Source: Escherichia coli (GTDB lineage: Bacteria > Pseudomonadota > Gammaproteobacteria > Enterobacterales > Enterobacteriaceae). From it: a stretch of 64,000 nt of DNA. The stretch lies in the NCBI RefSeq assembly GCF_051903065.1, contig NZ_CP178438.1; one strand, 5' to 3'. Both the position numbers and the translations under genes were made by a program. Numbering within the stretch: the first letter of the stretch is position 1; every line of letters begins with the position of its first letter. Shown one piece after another: positions 49,487 to 59,744 of the stretch. The notes beneath the pieces are model-generated. The model was not told the origin of the DNA. It made no database searches and worked only from the letters and a program-made list of their open reading frames with translations.

Positions 49487-51196
49487 ATGAAATTTATTGG
49501 GAAGCTGCTTCTCTACATTCTCATCGCTCTGTTAGTGGTGATCGCTGGCCTCTATTTTCTTCTGCAAACCCGCTGGGGAGCAGAACATATCAGCGCATGG
49601 GTTTCCGAGAATAGCGACTATCATCTGGCCTTCGGGGCGATGGATCACCGTTTTTCCGCGCCATCTCATATCGTGCTGGAGAATGTCACGTTTGGTCGTG
49701 ATGGCCAGCCCGCGACCCTGGTGGCCAAAAGTGTCGACATTGCGCTAAGTAGTCGGCAACTGACCGAACCACGCCATGTCGATACCATCCTGCTGGAAAA
49801 CGGGACGCTGAATCTCACCGACCAGACCGCGCCGCTACCGTTCAAAGCCGATCGTCTGCAACTGCGTGATATGGCGTTTAATAGCCCGAATAGCGAATGG
49901 AAACTGAGCGCGCAGCGGGTAAATGGCGGCGTGGTTCCGTGGTCACCAGAAGCCGGTAAAGTGCTGGGTACGAAGGCGCAGATTCAGTTTAGTGCCGGAT
50001 CGCTTTCGCTCAATGATGTTCCTGCCACCAATGTACTGATTGAAGGCAGTATTGATAACGATCGCGTTACGCTGACTAACCTGGGTGCCGACATCGCGCG
50101 CGGGACATTAACCGGAAACGCGCAGCGTAACGCCGACGGCAGCTGGCAAGTGGAAAACCTGCGCATGGCGGATATCCGTCTACAAAGCGAAAAATCGCTA
50201 ACCGACTTCTTTGCGCCATTACGCTCTGTCCCGTCGTTGCAGATTGGTCGCCTGGAAGTGATCGATGCTCGTTTGCAAGGTCCGGACTGGGCGGTGACCG
50301 ACCTCGATCTCAGCTTGCGCAACATGACCTTCAGTAAAGATGACTGGCAGACACAAGAAGGCAAACTGTCGATGAACGCTAGCGAGTTCATTTATGGTTC
50401 GCTGCATTTATTTGACCCGATTATAAACGCGGAATTTTCCCCGCAGGGCGTAGCGCTGCGCCAGTTCACCAGCCGCTGGGAAGGGGGTATGGTCAGAACG
50501 TCAGGGAACTGGCTGCGTGACGGGAAAACGTTGATCCTTGATGATGCGGCAATTGCCGGGCTGGAATATACCTTGCCGAAAAACTGGCAACAGTTGTGGA
50601 TGGAAACGACACCCGGTTGGTTAAACAGCCTGCAACTGAAGAGATTTAGCGCCAGCCGCAATCTGATCATTGATATCGACCCTGACTTCCCGTGGCAGCT
50701 CACCACGCTCGATGGTTACGGTGCCAACCTGACGCTGGTTACCGATCATAAATGGGGCGTCTGGAGTGGCTCGGCGAATCTGAATGCCGCCGCCGCGACA
50801 TTCAATCGTGTTGATGTTCGTCGCCCGTCGCTGGCGCTGACCGCCAACAGCAGCACGGTGAATATCAGCGAACTGAGTGCATTTACTGAAAAAGGCATTC
50901 TGGAAGCCACTGCCAGTGTTTCACAAACGCCACAACGTCAGACCCATATCAGCCTGAATGGACGCGGTGTGCCGGTGAATATTTTGCAACAATGGGGATG
51001 GCCTGAATTACCGTTGACTGGCGACGGCAATATTCAGCTTACCGCCAGTGGAGATATTCAGGCCAATGCCCCGCTGAAACCTACGGTTAGCGGGCAATTG
51101 CATGCCGTGAACGCCGCAAAGCAGCAAGTGACTCAAACCATGAATGCGGGCGTCGTTTCCAGCGGTGAAGTTACATCGACGGAGCCGGTGCAGTAA
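49487..51196 (+). CDS. yicH: AsmA-family protein
   Basis: Start MKFIGKLLLYILIALLVVIAGLYFLLQTRW (N-terminal anchor); 569 aa. Confidence 0.88.
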   Translation: MKFIGKLLLYILIALLVVIAGLYFLLQTRWGAEHISAWVSENSDYHLAFGAMDHRFSAPSHIVLENVTFGRDGQPATLVAKSVDIALSSRQLTEPRHVDTILLENGTLNLTDQTAPLPFKADRLQLRDMAFNSPNSEWKLSAQRVNGGVVPWSPEAGKVLGTKAQIQFSAGSLSLNDVPATNVLIEGSIDNDRVTLTNLGADIARGTLTGNAQRNADGSWQVENLRMADIRLQSEKSLTDFFAPLRSVPSLQIGRLEVIDARLQGPDWAVTDLDLSLRNMTFSKDDWQTQEGKLSMNASEFIYGSLHLFDPIINAEFSPQGVALRQFTSRWEGGMVRTSGNWLRDGKTLILDDAAIAGLEYTLPKNWQQLWMETTPGWLNSLQLKRFSASRNLIIDIDPDFPWQLTTLDGYGANLTLVTDHKWGVWSGSANLNAAAATFNRVDVRRPSLALTANSSTVNISELSAFTEKGILEATASVSQTPQRQTHISLNGRGVPVNILQQWGWPELPLTGDGNIQLTASGDIQANAPLKPTVSGQLHAVNAAKQQVTQTMNAGVVSSGEVTSTEPVQ

Positions 51197-51212
51197 ACAT
51201 CAATCTCGTCGG

Positions 51213-51237
51213 GTACGACTCAGACGTACCCGGCATT
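51213..51237. terminator. Hairpin between convergent yicH and yicI
   Basis: cgggtacg-actcagac-gtacccg stem. Confidence 0.55.
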
Positions 51238-51248
51238 CCATCAATAGA

Positions 51249-53567
51249 TTACAACGTAATTGTCAGCGCATTCCCTTGAGGCTTCACCACCAGCCCCTGC
51301 TCACTTTCAGCCTGCGAACCGCCTTGCAGACCATTTACTTTCACAACATTGCGCAAGCACAGTGTCCAGTTCCTCGCCTCGCCCGCACCAATCACAGTAA
51401 TCGTGTTACCAGTACGTGTTGCTTTTAGAGTAAAGATCACCGAACCGTCAGCAGCGGGCACTTCACAGACGGCTTCATGCCCGTCTTGCTGATTAAAGAG
51501 GTGGAATGCCGTGCCTTCGTGCCACGCGTAATCGGGACGTTGATCGTTGTTGCCCAGCGCCAGTAGAGTGTTATCACGCACATAAACGGGCAGACTCAGG
51601 AAGCTGTGCTGCTGTTTATGCCAGCGACTACCGTCGAGTTCATCGTTGTGCCACAGGTGTGTCCAGCGACCTTCCGGCAGGTAGAACTGCACATCGCCCG
51701 CTTCAGTGAACACCGGCGCAACCATCACGTTGTCGCCTAACATGTATTGACGGTCAAGGTAATCACAAGCCGGATCGTCCGGGAACTCCATCATCATGGC
51801 CCGCATCATCGGCGTACCCCGCGTGTTTGCACGCGCAGCTTCACGATACAGATACGGCATCATGCGGCATTTCAGTTGCGTGAAGAAGCGCACCACATCA
51901 CAGGACTCATCATCGTAGGCCCACGGCACACGATAAGATTTGCTGCCATGTAAACGGCTATGGCTGGAGAGCAAACCAAACGCGCACCAGCGTTTGTAAA
52001 CGTGTGCCGGAGCGGTATTTTCAAAGCCGCCGATATCGTGGCTCCAGAAGCCAAAACCTGAAAGGCCAATAGACAAACCACCGCGCAGGCTTTCCGCCAT
52101 TGATTCGTAGTTAGCGTAACAGTCACCACCCCAGTGTACCGGGAATTTCTGCGCACCAACGGAGGCCGAGCGGGCAAACAAGACGGCTTCTTCCTCACCA
52201 ACGGTGTCCTTGAGCACGTTCCACACCAGTTCGTTGTAGATGTACGCATAATGGTTATGCATTTTCTGCGGATCGGAACCGTCAAACCACTGAACATCGG
52301 TTGGGATACGTTCGCCAAAGTCGGTCTTAAAGCAATCAACGCCCATCGCGACCAGACCTTTCAGTTTGTCGGCGTACCATGTGCAGGCATCCGGATTGGT
52401 AAAGTCATAAATCGCCAGACCTGGCTGCCATTTATCCCACTGCCACAGCGAACCGTCCGGGCGTTTGAGTAAATAGCCTTTCTCTTGTAACTCTTTAAAG
52501 ACGGGGGATTTTTGCCCGATATAGGGGTTAATCCAGACGCAGATTTTCAGCCCTTTCGCTTTCAGGCGGCGGATCATCCCTTCCGGGTCCGGGAAAGTCA
52601 GCGGGTCCCACTCAAAATCGCACCACTGGAAGGCTTTCATCCAGAAACAGTCAAAGTGGAAAACATGCAGTGGCAGATTGCGTTCCGCCATACCATCGAT
52701 AAAGCTGTTTACTGTCGCCTCGTCGTAGTTGGTGGTAAATGAAGTGGTTAGCCACAGACCGAAGGACCACGCGGGCGGCAGCGCCGGACGACCAGTAAAG
52801 CGGGTATAACGATCAAGTACCGCTTTCGGCGTCGGACCGTCGATAACAAAGTATTCGAGATATTCACTCTCAACGCTGAACTGCACTTTGGAGACTTTCT
52901 CCGATCCCACTTCAAAAGAGACGCATTGGGGATGATTGACCAGTACCCCATAACCACGGTTAGTCATGTAGAACGGGATATTTTTATACGCCTGTTCAGT
53001 ACTTGTGCCGCCGTCCCGGTTCCAGGTCTCTACCGTTTGACCATTGCGCACCAGGGCAGTGAAGCGCTCTCCCAGACCATAAACTGTTTCGCCAACGCCA
53101 AGATCCAGCCGCTCAAACATATAATTTCGTTGATTATTCGTGTCCTGCACGTAGCCATTATTTTTCACCTGACTACCGGTAATACGTTCGCCGTTGCGCA
53201 GAAAATCCAGTGACCAGAACTCACCTTTGCTGACACGCGCACTTAAGTTGCCACTTTTAAACTCAGCATAACGCTCTGTGTTTTCGATTGTGACCTTCAC
53301 GTCCTGCAAAATATTGAGTGGGTAATGAGGACCGTTATTCAGCGCCCCCTGAAAATGCTCAATCCGTACACCGACAATACCTTCCTGTGGGGAGAAAAAG
53401 CGCAGCGTAAATAAAGGCGTATCAAGCTGCCAGGTACGTTCACGCACATCACGGGGGGCAGCATAGACCACCATTTCATTACCCTGCTGTTCAACCTCGA
53501 ACACCTGAAGCGGGTGAATCAAATTGAGGCCAGGTTGAATCAACCAGTTTCCATCGCTAATTTTCAT
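51249..53567 (-). CDS. yicI: Alpha-xylosidase (GH31)
   Basis: 772-aa [44 protein letters not shown]...; GH31 catalytic region. Confidence 0.92.
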   Translation of the reverse strand: MKISDGNWLIQPGLNLIHPLQVFEVEQQGNEMVVYAAPRDVRERTWQLDTPLFTLRFFSPQEGIVGVRIEHFQGALNNGPHYPLNILQDVKVTIENTERYAEFKSGNLSARVSKGEFWSLDFLRNGERITGSQVKNNGYVQDTNNQRNYMFERLDLGVGETVYGLGERFTALVRNGQTVETWNRDGGTSTEQAYKNIPFYMTNRGYGVLVNHPQCVSFEVGSEKVSKVQFSVESEYLEYFVIDGPTPKAVLDRYTRFTGRPALPPAWSFGLWLTTSFTTNYDEATVNSFIDGMAERNLPLHVFHFDCFWMKAFQWCDFEWDPLTFPDPEGMIRRLKAKGLKICVWINPYIGQKSPVFKELQEKGYLLKRPDGSLWQWDKWQPGLAIYDFTNPDACTWYADKLKGLVAMGVDCFKTDFGERIPTDVQWFDGSDPQKMHNHYAYIYNELVWNVLKDTVGEEEAVLFARSASVGAQKFPVHWGGDCYANYESMAESLRGGLSIGLSGFGFWSHDIGGFENTAPAHVYKRWCAFGLLSSHSRLHGSKSYRVPWAYDDESCDVVRFFTQLKCRMMPYLYREAARANTRGTPMMRAMMMEFPDDPACDYLDRQYMLGDNVMVAPVFTEAGDVQFYLPEGRWTHLWHNDELDGSRWHKQQHSFLSLPVYVRDNTLLALGNNDQRPDYAWHEGTAFHLFNQQDGHEAVCEVPAADGSVIFTLKATRTGNTITVIGAGEARNWTLCLRNVVKVNGLQGGSQAESEQGLVVKPQGNALTITL

Positions 53568-53576
53568 TGCCGTTCC

Positions 53577-54959
53577 TTAGTTCTGCACTTCTTGAGAGGT
53601 GAATTGTTGCTGGCAACGGCGTTTGCCCTGGGCCAGCTGTTCCATAACGGTTTTCAGATTGTGCGTCGTGAGTGAGTAGTAGCGTTTAGCGATAATCGCG
53701 CTCAGCAAATAACAGATCGCCGGAACAATCGTGAATAGCGCAATAATGATGCTAATCGTGGCGCTGTTCTGCGCTTTTTCTGCCGCATCATATCCGCCAT
53801 AAGCCAGCATCCAGCCGATAAGAGCGCCGCCGAAGGCCAACCCCAGTTTGAGCACAAACAGCGTGCCAGCAAAACTGATCCCGGTCAGGCGTTTACCATT
53901 GCACCACTCGCCGTAGTCGACGGTATCGGACATCATTACCCACTGGATAGGTGTCACCAGTTGATGCAACACACCAATCACGAAGATGAAGACAAACATA
54001 GTGATGCTGGCCTGCATGGGAACAAAGAACATCGCGAGGCTAATCACTGCCAGCAGGGCGTTCGTCCACCAGAAAATAGTGACTTTACATTTCCAGTCGG
54101 TCAGCGGTTTTGCCAGAGCGGAACCAATCAGGTTACCCACGCAATAAGTGGTGAGAAAAGCGACAAACACTTCCGGCGTACCCAAAATCCATGTGACGTA
54201 ATACATCATCGCTCCACCGCGTACGCACACCGCCAGGATATTGAAAATGGTTAGTAAACCGACAATCCGCCACTGGTCGTTTTGCCAGATATCACGTAAA
54301 TCTTCCCGCATAGACGTCGTTGTAGGTGGTGCTTCAACGCGTTCTTTAGTGGTGAAGAAACAGAATGCCAGCATCATGAATGCCACCACGGAAAGGACCG
54401 CGATACCACCCTGGAAACCGAGTGGTTTATTATCACCACCAATTAAATTAACCAGTGGCATCATCAGAACCGTAGAAAGCATGCCTCCCGCGGTCGCCAG
54501 CACAAAACGCCAGGATTGCAGCGAGATACGCTGAGTCGGGTCATTGGTGATTACACCACCCAATGCGCAGTAAGGGATATTGACGACGGTATAAAGTAAG
54601 GTAAGTAGGGTGTAAGTAATTGCTGCATAAATCATTTTTCCGTTCATACTGAGATCTGGCGTGCTATAGGCCAGTACACAGACGATCCCAAATGGCAGTG
54701 CGCCAAACAGTACCCACGGACGAAATTTACCCCAGCGAGAGCGCGTTCGATCGGCCAACAACCCCATGCAAGGATCGGAAATCGCATCCAGTGCACGAGC
54801 GACCAAAAACATGGTTCCGACAAATCCGGCAGGAATGCCAAAAATATCGGTATAAAAGAACATCATATATAACATTACGTTATCGAAAATAATGTGGCTG
54901 GCGGCGTCTCCCATGCCATAACCAATTTTCTCTTTAACGGACAACACTTCACTCTTCAT
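53577..54959 (-). CDS. yicJ: GPH-family sugar:cation symporter
   Basis: 460-aa polytopic ORF MKSEVLSVKEKIGYGMGDAASHIIFDNVMLYMMFFYTDIFGIPAGFVG...; cotranscribed with yicI. Confidence 0.9.
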   Translation of the reverse strand: MKSEVLSVKEKIGYGMGDAASHIIFDNVMLYMMFFYTDIFGIPAGFVGTMFLVARALDAISDPCMGLLADRTRSRWGKFRPWVLFGALPFGIVCVLAYSTPDLSMNGKMIYAAITYTLLTLLYTVVNIPYCALGGVITNDPTQRISLQSWRFVLATAGGMLSTVLMMPLVNLIGGDNKPLGFQGGIAVLSVVAFMMLAFCFFTTKERVEAPPTTTSMREDLRDIWQNDQWRIVGLLTIFNILAVCVRGGAMMYYVTWILGTPEVFVAFLTTYCVGNLIGSALAKPLTDWKCKVTIFWWTNALLAVISLAMFFVPMQASITMFVFIFVIGVLHQLVTPIQWVMMSDTVDYGEWCNGKRLTGISFAGTLFVLKLGLAFGGALIGWMLAYGGYDAAEKAQNSATISIIIALFTIVPAICYLLSAIIAKRYYSLTTHNLKTVMEQLAQGKRRCQQQFTSQEVQN

Positions 54960-55251
54960 CTACTTTTCCTTGATGCTATAGGGGTGCTGAGACCGATAAC
55001 GCATTTTGTAAACCATCCCTGTGAGAGCGAATATTCCGATATCTGGTTATTAATTTATGATTCTTGTTTTATGTGATCGTGGTAGCGTTAATTCCGCTCA
55101 TATGTCATTGTAAAATATGGATTTTATATGAACTATAATGCTTTCGTGATAATACGCTGCGTGTATTAGGCGGAAAAAACTGATCTGGGGGATGTAGAAA
55201 CTCAAGGAAGTAGCTATAATGCGCCCCGCCTCCATGTAGCAATCGAGGCGC

Positions 55252-55346
55252 GGAAGATCGTCGTCTCCGGTGAGGCGGCTGGACTTCAAATCCAGTTGGG
55301 GCCGCCAGCGGTCCCGGGCAGGTTCGACTCCTGTGATCTTCCGCCA
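55252..55346 (+). tRNA. selC: tRNA-Sec (selenocysteine, anticodon UCA)
   Basis: 95-nt sequence ggaagatcgtcgtctccggtgaggcggctggacttcaaatccagttggggccgccagcggtcccgggcaggttcgactcctgtgatcttccgcca, with long variable arm, UCA anticodon and encoded CCA. Confidence 0.95.
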
Positions 55347-55645
55347 GTTTACCTCTTCTGAACTCTCCCAATGTCAATAAATCTCTTCTAATCCCTTGTA
55401 TATCAGTATTTATTTGTATCCAGAGGTCAACCTACTTCACCCCGTATCAAGTTTCTTTTGGGGGTACTTTAGGGGGTGTTATTTCCTATTGAAATACCAG
55501 CACCCCCATAATAGGAAAAATGTGATATATAACAACGGCTTTTAACAACATCTTTGTTATACAAGGGGTGTATTGGGGGTATCAGGTTAGTTACTGGCAG
55601 AAATCCCCCTCAGGAACATGAATTCATCAAAAGCCGGAGGATGTC

Positions 55646-56437
55646 ATGGCATTAACCGATATCAAAGTGAAAACCGCAAAACCCAAAGACAAACCCTATA
55701 AGCTTGCTGATGGCGGCGGTATGTATCTACTGATTAACACTAATGGTTCTAAATACTGGCGCATGAAGTACCGCTTTGCTGGTAAAGAAAAGATGCTTTC
55801 TATTGGCGTATACCCCGATGTAACGCTAGCCGATGCTCGCGAGAAACGCAGTGAAGCCAGGAAACTCCTCGCTGCTGGAGGCGATCCAGGGGAGGCAAAA
55901 AAGGAAGAAAAAATCGCGCAGCAAATGAGTCTGCAAAATACGTTCGAGGCTATTGCTCGCGAATGGCACCAGTCAAAAGCCGATCGGTGGTCATTACGCT
56001 ATCGTGATGAAATCATTGATACCTTTGAAAAAGACATTTTTCCCTACATTGGCAAGCGCCCTATTGCCGAAATCAAACCAATGGAGTTACTGGAAGCACT
56101 GCGTAAAATGGAAAAACGTGGAGCTCTGGAGAAAATGCGCAAGGTCCGCCAGCGCTGTGGTGAGGTGTTCCGCTATGCAATTGTTACTGGCCGGGCAGAC
56201 TATAACCCAGCCCCCGATCTTGCCAGTGCTTTAGCTACACCGAAAAAAGTACATTTTCCCTTTCTTACTGCTAATGAACTTCCCCACTTCCTCAACGATC
56301 TGGCGGGTTATACCGGAAGTATAATCACTAAGACAGCTACTCAGATCATTATGTTAACCGGCGTACGAACACAAGAACTGCGTTTTGCACGCTGGGAAGA
56401 TATCGATTTTGAGACAAAATTGGGCTTTGTTGAATAA
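55646..56437 (+). pseudogene. Truncated P4-type tyrosine integrase (N-terminal arm-binding and core-binding part only)
   Basis: 263-aa ORF MALTDIKVKTAKPKDKPYKLADGGGMYLLINTNGSKYWRMKYRFAGKEKMLSIGVYPDV... (typical P4-family integrase N-terminus), 300 bp downstream of selC. Native sequence ends at 56422; the frame runs 4 codons into the IS left inverted repeat and stops. The catalytic R..HxxR..Y domain is absent. Confidence 0.85.
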
Positions 56438-57479
56438 ATCGAACTTTTGCTGAGTTGAAGGATCAGATCACGTATCTTCCCGACAACGCAGACCGTTCCG
56501 TGGCAAAGCAAAAGTTCAAAATCACCAACTGGCCCACCTACAATAAAGCCCTCATCAACCGTGGCTCCATAACTTTCTGGCTGGATGATGAAGCTATTCA
56601 GGCCTGGTATGAGTCAGCAACACCTTCTTCACGAGGCAGACCTCAGCGCTATTCTGACCTTGCCATCACGACTGTGCTGGTCATTAAACGCGTATTCAGG
56701 CTGACCCTGCGCGCTGCGCAGGGCTTTATTGATTCCATTTTTTCTCTGATGAACGTTCCGCTACGCTGCCCGGATTACAGCTGTGTCAGCAGGCGGGCAA
56801 AGTCGGTTAATGTCAGTTTCAAAACGCCCACCCGGGGTGAAATCGCACACCTGGTAATTGATTCCACCGGGCTGAAGGTCTTCGGTGAAGGCGAGTGGAA
56901 AGTCAAAAAGCATGGCCAGGAACGCCGCCGTATCTGGCGTAAGCTGCATCTCGCCGTTGACAGTAAAACACATGAAATCATCTGCGCTGACCTGTCGCTG
57001 AACAACGTTACGGACTCAGAGGCCTTCCCCGGGTTAATCCGGCAAACCCACCGGAAAATCAGGTCAGCCGCCGCCGATGGCGCTTACGATACCCGGCTAT
57101 GTCACGATGAACTGCGGCGTAAGAAAATCAGCGCGCTTATCCCTCCCCGAAAAGGTGCGGGTTACTGGCCCGGTGAATATGCAGACCGTAACCGTGCAGT
57201 GGCTAATCAGCGAATGACCGGGAGTAATGCGCGGTGGAAATGGACAACAGATTACAACCGTCGCTCGATAGCGGAAACGGCGATGTACCGGGTAAAACAG
57301 CTGTTCGGGGGTTCACTGACACTGCGTGACTACGATGGTCAGGTTGCAGAGGCTATGGCCCTGGTACGAGCGCTGAACAAAATGACGAAAGCAGGTATGC
57401 CTGAAAGCGTGCGTATTGCCTGAAAACACAACCCGCTACGGGGGAGACTTACCCGAAATCTGATTTATTCAACAAAGCC
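56423..57479 (+). mobile_element. IS903-group (IS5-family) insertion sequence, 1057 bp, intact 18-bp terminal inverted repeats, no target-site duplication
   Basis: Left end ggctttgttgaataaatc (56423-56440) and right end gatttattcaacaaagcc (57462-57479) are exact inverted repeats. The left-end sequence matches the IS903 end of Tn903 as I recall it. Flanking 9-mers acaaaattg and ggatttcat are not identical. Confidence 0.88.
56455..57423 (+). CDS. IS903-family DDE transposase
   Basis: 322-aa ORF (TTG start in the track) ...YLPDNADRSVAKQKFKITNWPTYNKALINRGSITFWLDD...; it fills the IS between the inverted repeats. The true start may be downstream. Confidence 0.85.
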   Translation: MKDQITYLPDNADRSVAKQKFKITNWPTYNKALINRGSITFWLDDEAIQAWYESATPSSRGRPQRYSDLAITTVLVIKRVFRLTLRAAQGFIDSIFSLMNVPLRCPDYSCVSRRAKSVNVSFKTPTRGEIAHLVIDSTGLKVFGEGEWKVKKHGQERRRIWRKLHLAVDSKTHEIICADLSLNNVTDSEAFPGLIRQTHRKIRSAAADGAYDTRLCHDELRRKKISALIPPRKGAGYWPGEYADRNRAVANQRMTGSNARWKWTTDYNRRSIAETAMYRVKQLFGGSLTLRDYDGQVAEAMALVRALNKMTKAGMPESVRIA

Positions 57480-57770
57480 GGATTTCATCTGAACAACGGC
57501 CCACAGGCCGATCGACTTGCCGACCTGGAAAGAATGCTGCATCTGTTCAGCGGCAAACCGATCCCCGACAACCGGGAAAACATCACTATTCATCTGAATG
57601 AGCACATCCGGTCTGTTCAGGGTAAAGAGTGCTATGAAGATGAAATGTTCAGCATCAGATACTTTAAGAAGGGCTCCGCGCACATCACGTTCAGGAAACC
57701 AGAACTGGTTGATCGGCTAAATGATATTATAGCCAGACACTATCCGGAAATGTTACCTTCACAATAGAGT
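57480..57770 (+). pseudogene. Orphan 3' gene fragment (C-terminal 96 codons of an unidentified protein) abutting the IS right end
   Basis: The frame is open from the first base after the IS right repeat (GFHLNNGPQADRLADLERMLHLFSGKPIPDNRENITIHLNEHIRSVQGKECYEDEMFSIRYFKKGSAHITFRKPELVDRLNDIIARHYPEMLPSQ) with no start or ribosome-binding context. Family not recognised. Confidence 0.5.
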
Positions 57771-57899
57771 ACTAAGAATTGATTCAATTATGTATTTTAG
57801 CTTCATTCCTTCATGCAAAATCATTTGGGGGTTCTTATGGGGGTTACTCATTTATCCAACACATACAAATTATTTAAGATCAATGCATTAATACTTATA

Positions 57900-57921
57900 T
57901 TCGACTCCTGTGATCTCCGCC
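57900..57921 (+). repeat. Imperfect direct repeat of the selC 3' end (attR-like island boundary)
   Basis: tcgactcctgtgatctccgcca matches selC 55324-55346 (tcgactcctgtgatcttccgcca) apart from a single T deletion; the following ~50 nt also resemble the sequence just downstream of selC. Confidence 0.8.
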
Positions 57922-58559
57922 AAAATGCCTCTCCTGACGTTCTCCAACCCCTTGTAATACTGTCAATCCAGATATTTTCTACTGCTCAATATTCAATCGG
58001 CTTCAGGAATACCTGGTCTAAGGTTTTGTGATGGACGATGAGCGGCTGAAGAATCCGCCTGTCGGTTCTTCTGTCCTCGAACGCATCCGCGATATTCACG
58101 CCAGTATGCGCCGTGTTTATTTGCAGGTGATTTGCCCCCCTGCTGACTCTCAGCCAACTGTATCGCCATTAAGGTGAAGATGTTGTTTTACTCGCCCCAG
58201 AACACCCTTTTTTATACGACTATTCTATTTCTTTAACCGCTGGCGAAAAAAAACTGACTATAAACTTCACCAATAATCAGACTGCCATCAAGATTAATTT
58301 GTTCATTTAATATATCAAATCAACTTGTTTTATTTTTACTATCAAAAATAGCTCATTGCCTTACTATAATTAATATATAAATTCGGTAATTAATTCTTAA
58401 CATGCTTTTACTAATAATCTCAATTGCTGGCCCTATAATATTGCGCTAGCATTGCTTTCTGGTTGTATCAGCGATACTCAAAAATTCTTAATACAATACT
58501 CATTCGACTGGTACTTATTTGTAACTCAGTTATATTTTTTCGCCCGGTGATTCAGAAGA

Positions 58560-59744
58560 ATGCAAAAAACGGCTACCACTCCATCAAAAATACTTGATCT
58601 CACTGCCGCGGCATTTTTACTTGTCGCCTTTCTGACGGGTATTGCGGGCGCTCTTCAGACTCCTACCCTAAGTATATTCCTCGCAGATGAACTGAAAGCC
58701 CGTCCTATAATGGTAGGTTTTTTCTTCACCGGTAGCGCTATTATGGGAATTCTGGTCAGTCAATTTCTGGCAAGGCACTCCGATAAACAAGGCGACCGTA
58801 AATTACTGATTCTGCTATGTTGCTTATTTGGAGTGCTGGCCTGCACGCTTTTTGCGTGGAATCGCAACTACTTCATTCTCCTCTCAACGGGCGTACTTCT
58901 GAGTAGTTTTGCTTCCACCGCAAACCCGCAAATGTTCGCCCTCGCCCGTGAACACGCCGACAGAACAGGCCGTGAGACGGTCATGTTCAGTACATTTTTA
59001 CGTGCTCAGATCTCGCTTGCCTGGGTTATCGGGCCACCGCTCGCTTATGAACTGGCAATGGGATTTAGTTTTAAAGTGATGTATCTCACCGCTGCCATCG
59101 CATTTGTTGTTTGCGGACTGATAGTCTGGTTGTTTTTGCCATCAATACAAAGAAATATTCCTGTCGTTACCCAACCCGTAGAAATTTTACCCTCCACCCA
59201 CAGGAAGCGGGATACGCGGCTACTTTTTGTGGTCTGTTCAATGATGTGGGCGGCGAATAATCTCTACATGATAAATATGCCGCTATTTATTATTGATGAA
59301 CTGCATCTAACCGATAAACTGGCTGGAGAAATGATTGGTATCGCTGCCGGTCTGGAAATTCCGATGATGTTAATCGCAGGCTATTACATGAAACGTATTG
59401 GCAAGCGACTATTAATGCTCATTGCTATCGTGAGTGGAATGTGTTTTTACGCCAGCGTACTCATGGCGACGACTCCGGCGGTTGAGCTGGAATTGCAAAT
59501 TCTTAATGCCATCTTCCTTGGTATTCTCTGTGGTATCGGCATGCTTTATTTTCAGGACTTGATGCCTGAAAAAATAGGCTCTGCGACAACGTTATATGCA
59601 AATACTTCACGCGTCGGCTGGATTATCGCCGGCTCTGTTGACGGAATTATGGTTGAAATCTGGAGCTACCATGCGTTGTTCTGGCTGGCGATAGGGATGT
59701 TGGGTATTGCGATGATTTGCCTGCTGTTTATTAAAGATATTTAG
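58560..59744 (+). CDS. setC: Sugar efflux transporter (MFS, SET family)
   Basis: 394-aa ORF MQKTATTPSKILDLTAAAFLLVAFLTGIAGALQTPTLSIFLADELKARP...; clear similarity to SetA/SetB as I recall them. Confidence 0.88.
   Translation: MQKTATTPSKILDLTAAAFLLVAFLTGIAGALQTPTLSIFLADELKARPIMVGFFFTGSAIMGILVSQFLARHSDKQGDRKLLILLCCLFGVLACTLFAWNRNYFILLSTGVLLSSFASTANPQMFALAREHADRTGRETVMFSTFLRAQISLAWVIGPPLAYELAMGFSFKVMYLTAAIAFVVCGLIVWLFLPSIQRNIPVVTQPVEILPSTHRKRDTRLLFVVCSMMWAANNLYMINMPLFIIDELHLTDKLAGEMIGIAAGLEIPMMLIAGYYMKRIGKRLLMLIAIVSGMCFYASVLMATTPAVELELQILNAIFLGILCGIGMLYFQDLMPEKIGSATTLYANTSRVGWIIAGSVDGIMVEIWSYHALFWLAIGMLGIAMICLLFIKDI

Noticed and set aside
57813-58031. 72-aa ORF in the AT-rich region that spans the attR-like repeat
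   Set aside because: It overlaps the selC 3'-end repeat, is AT-rich and low-complexity, and has no ribosome-binding site; most likely non-coding.
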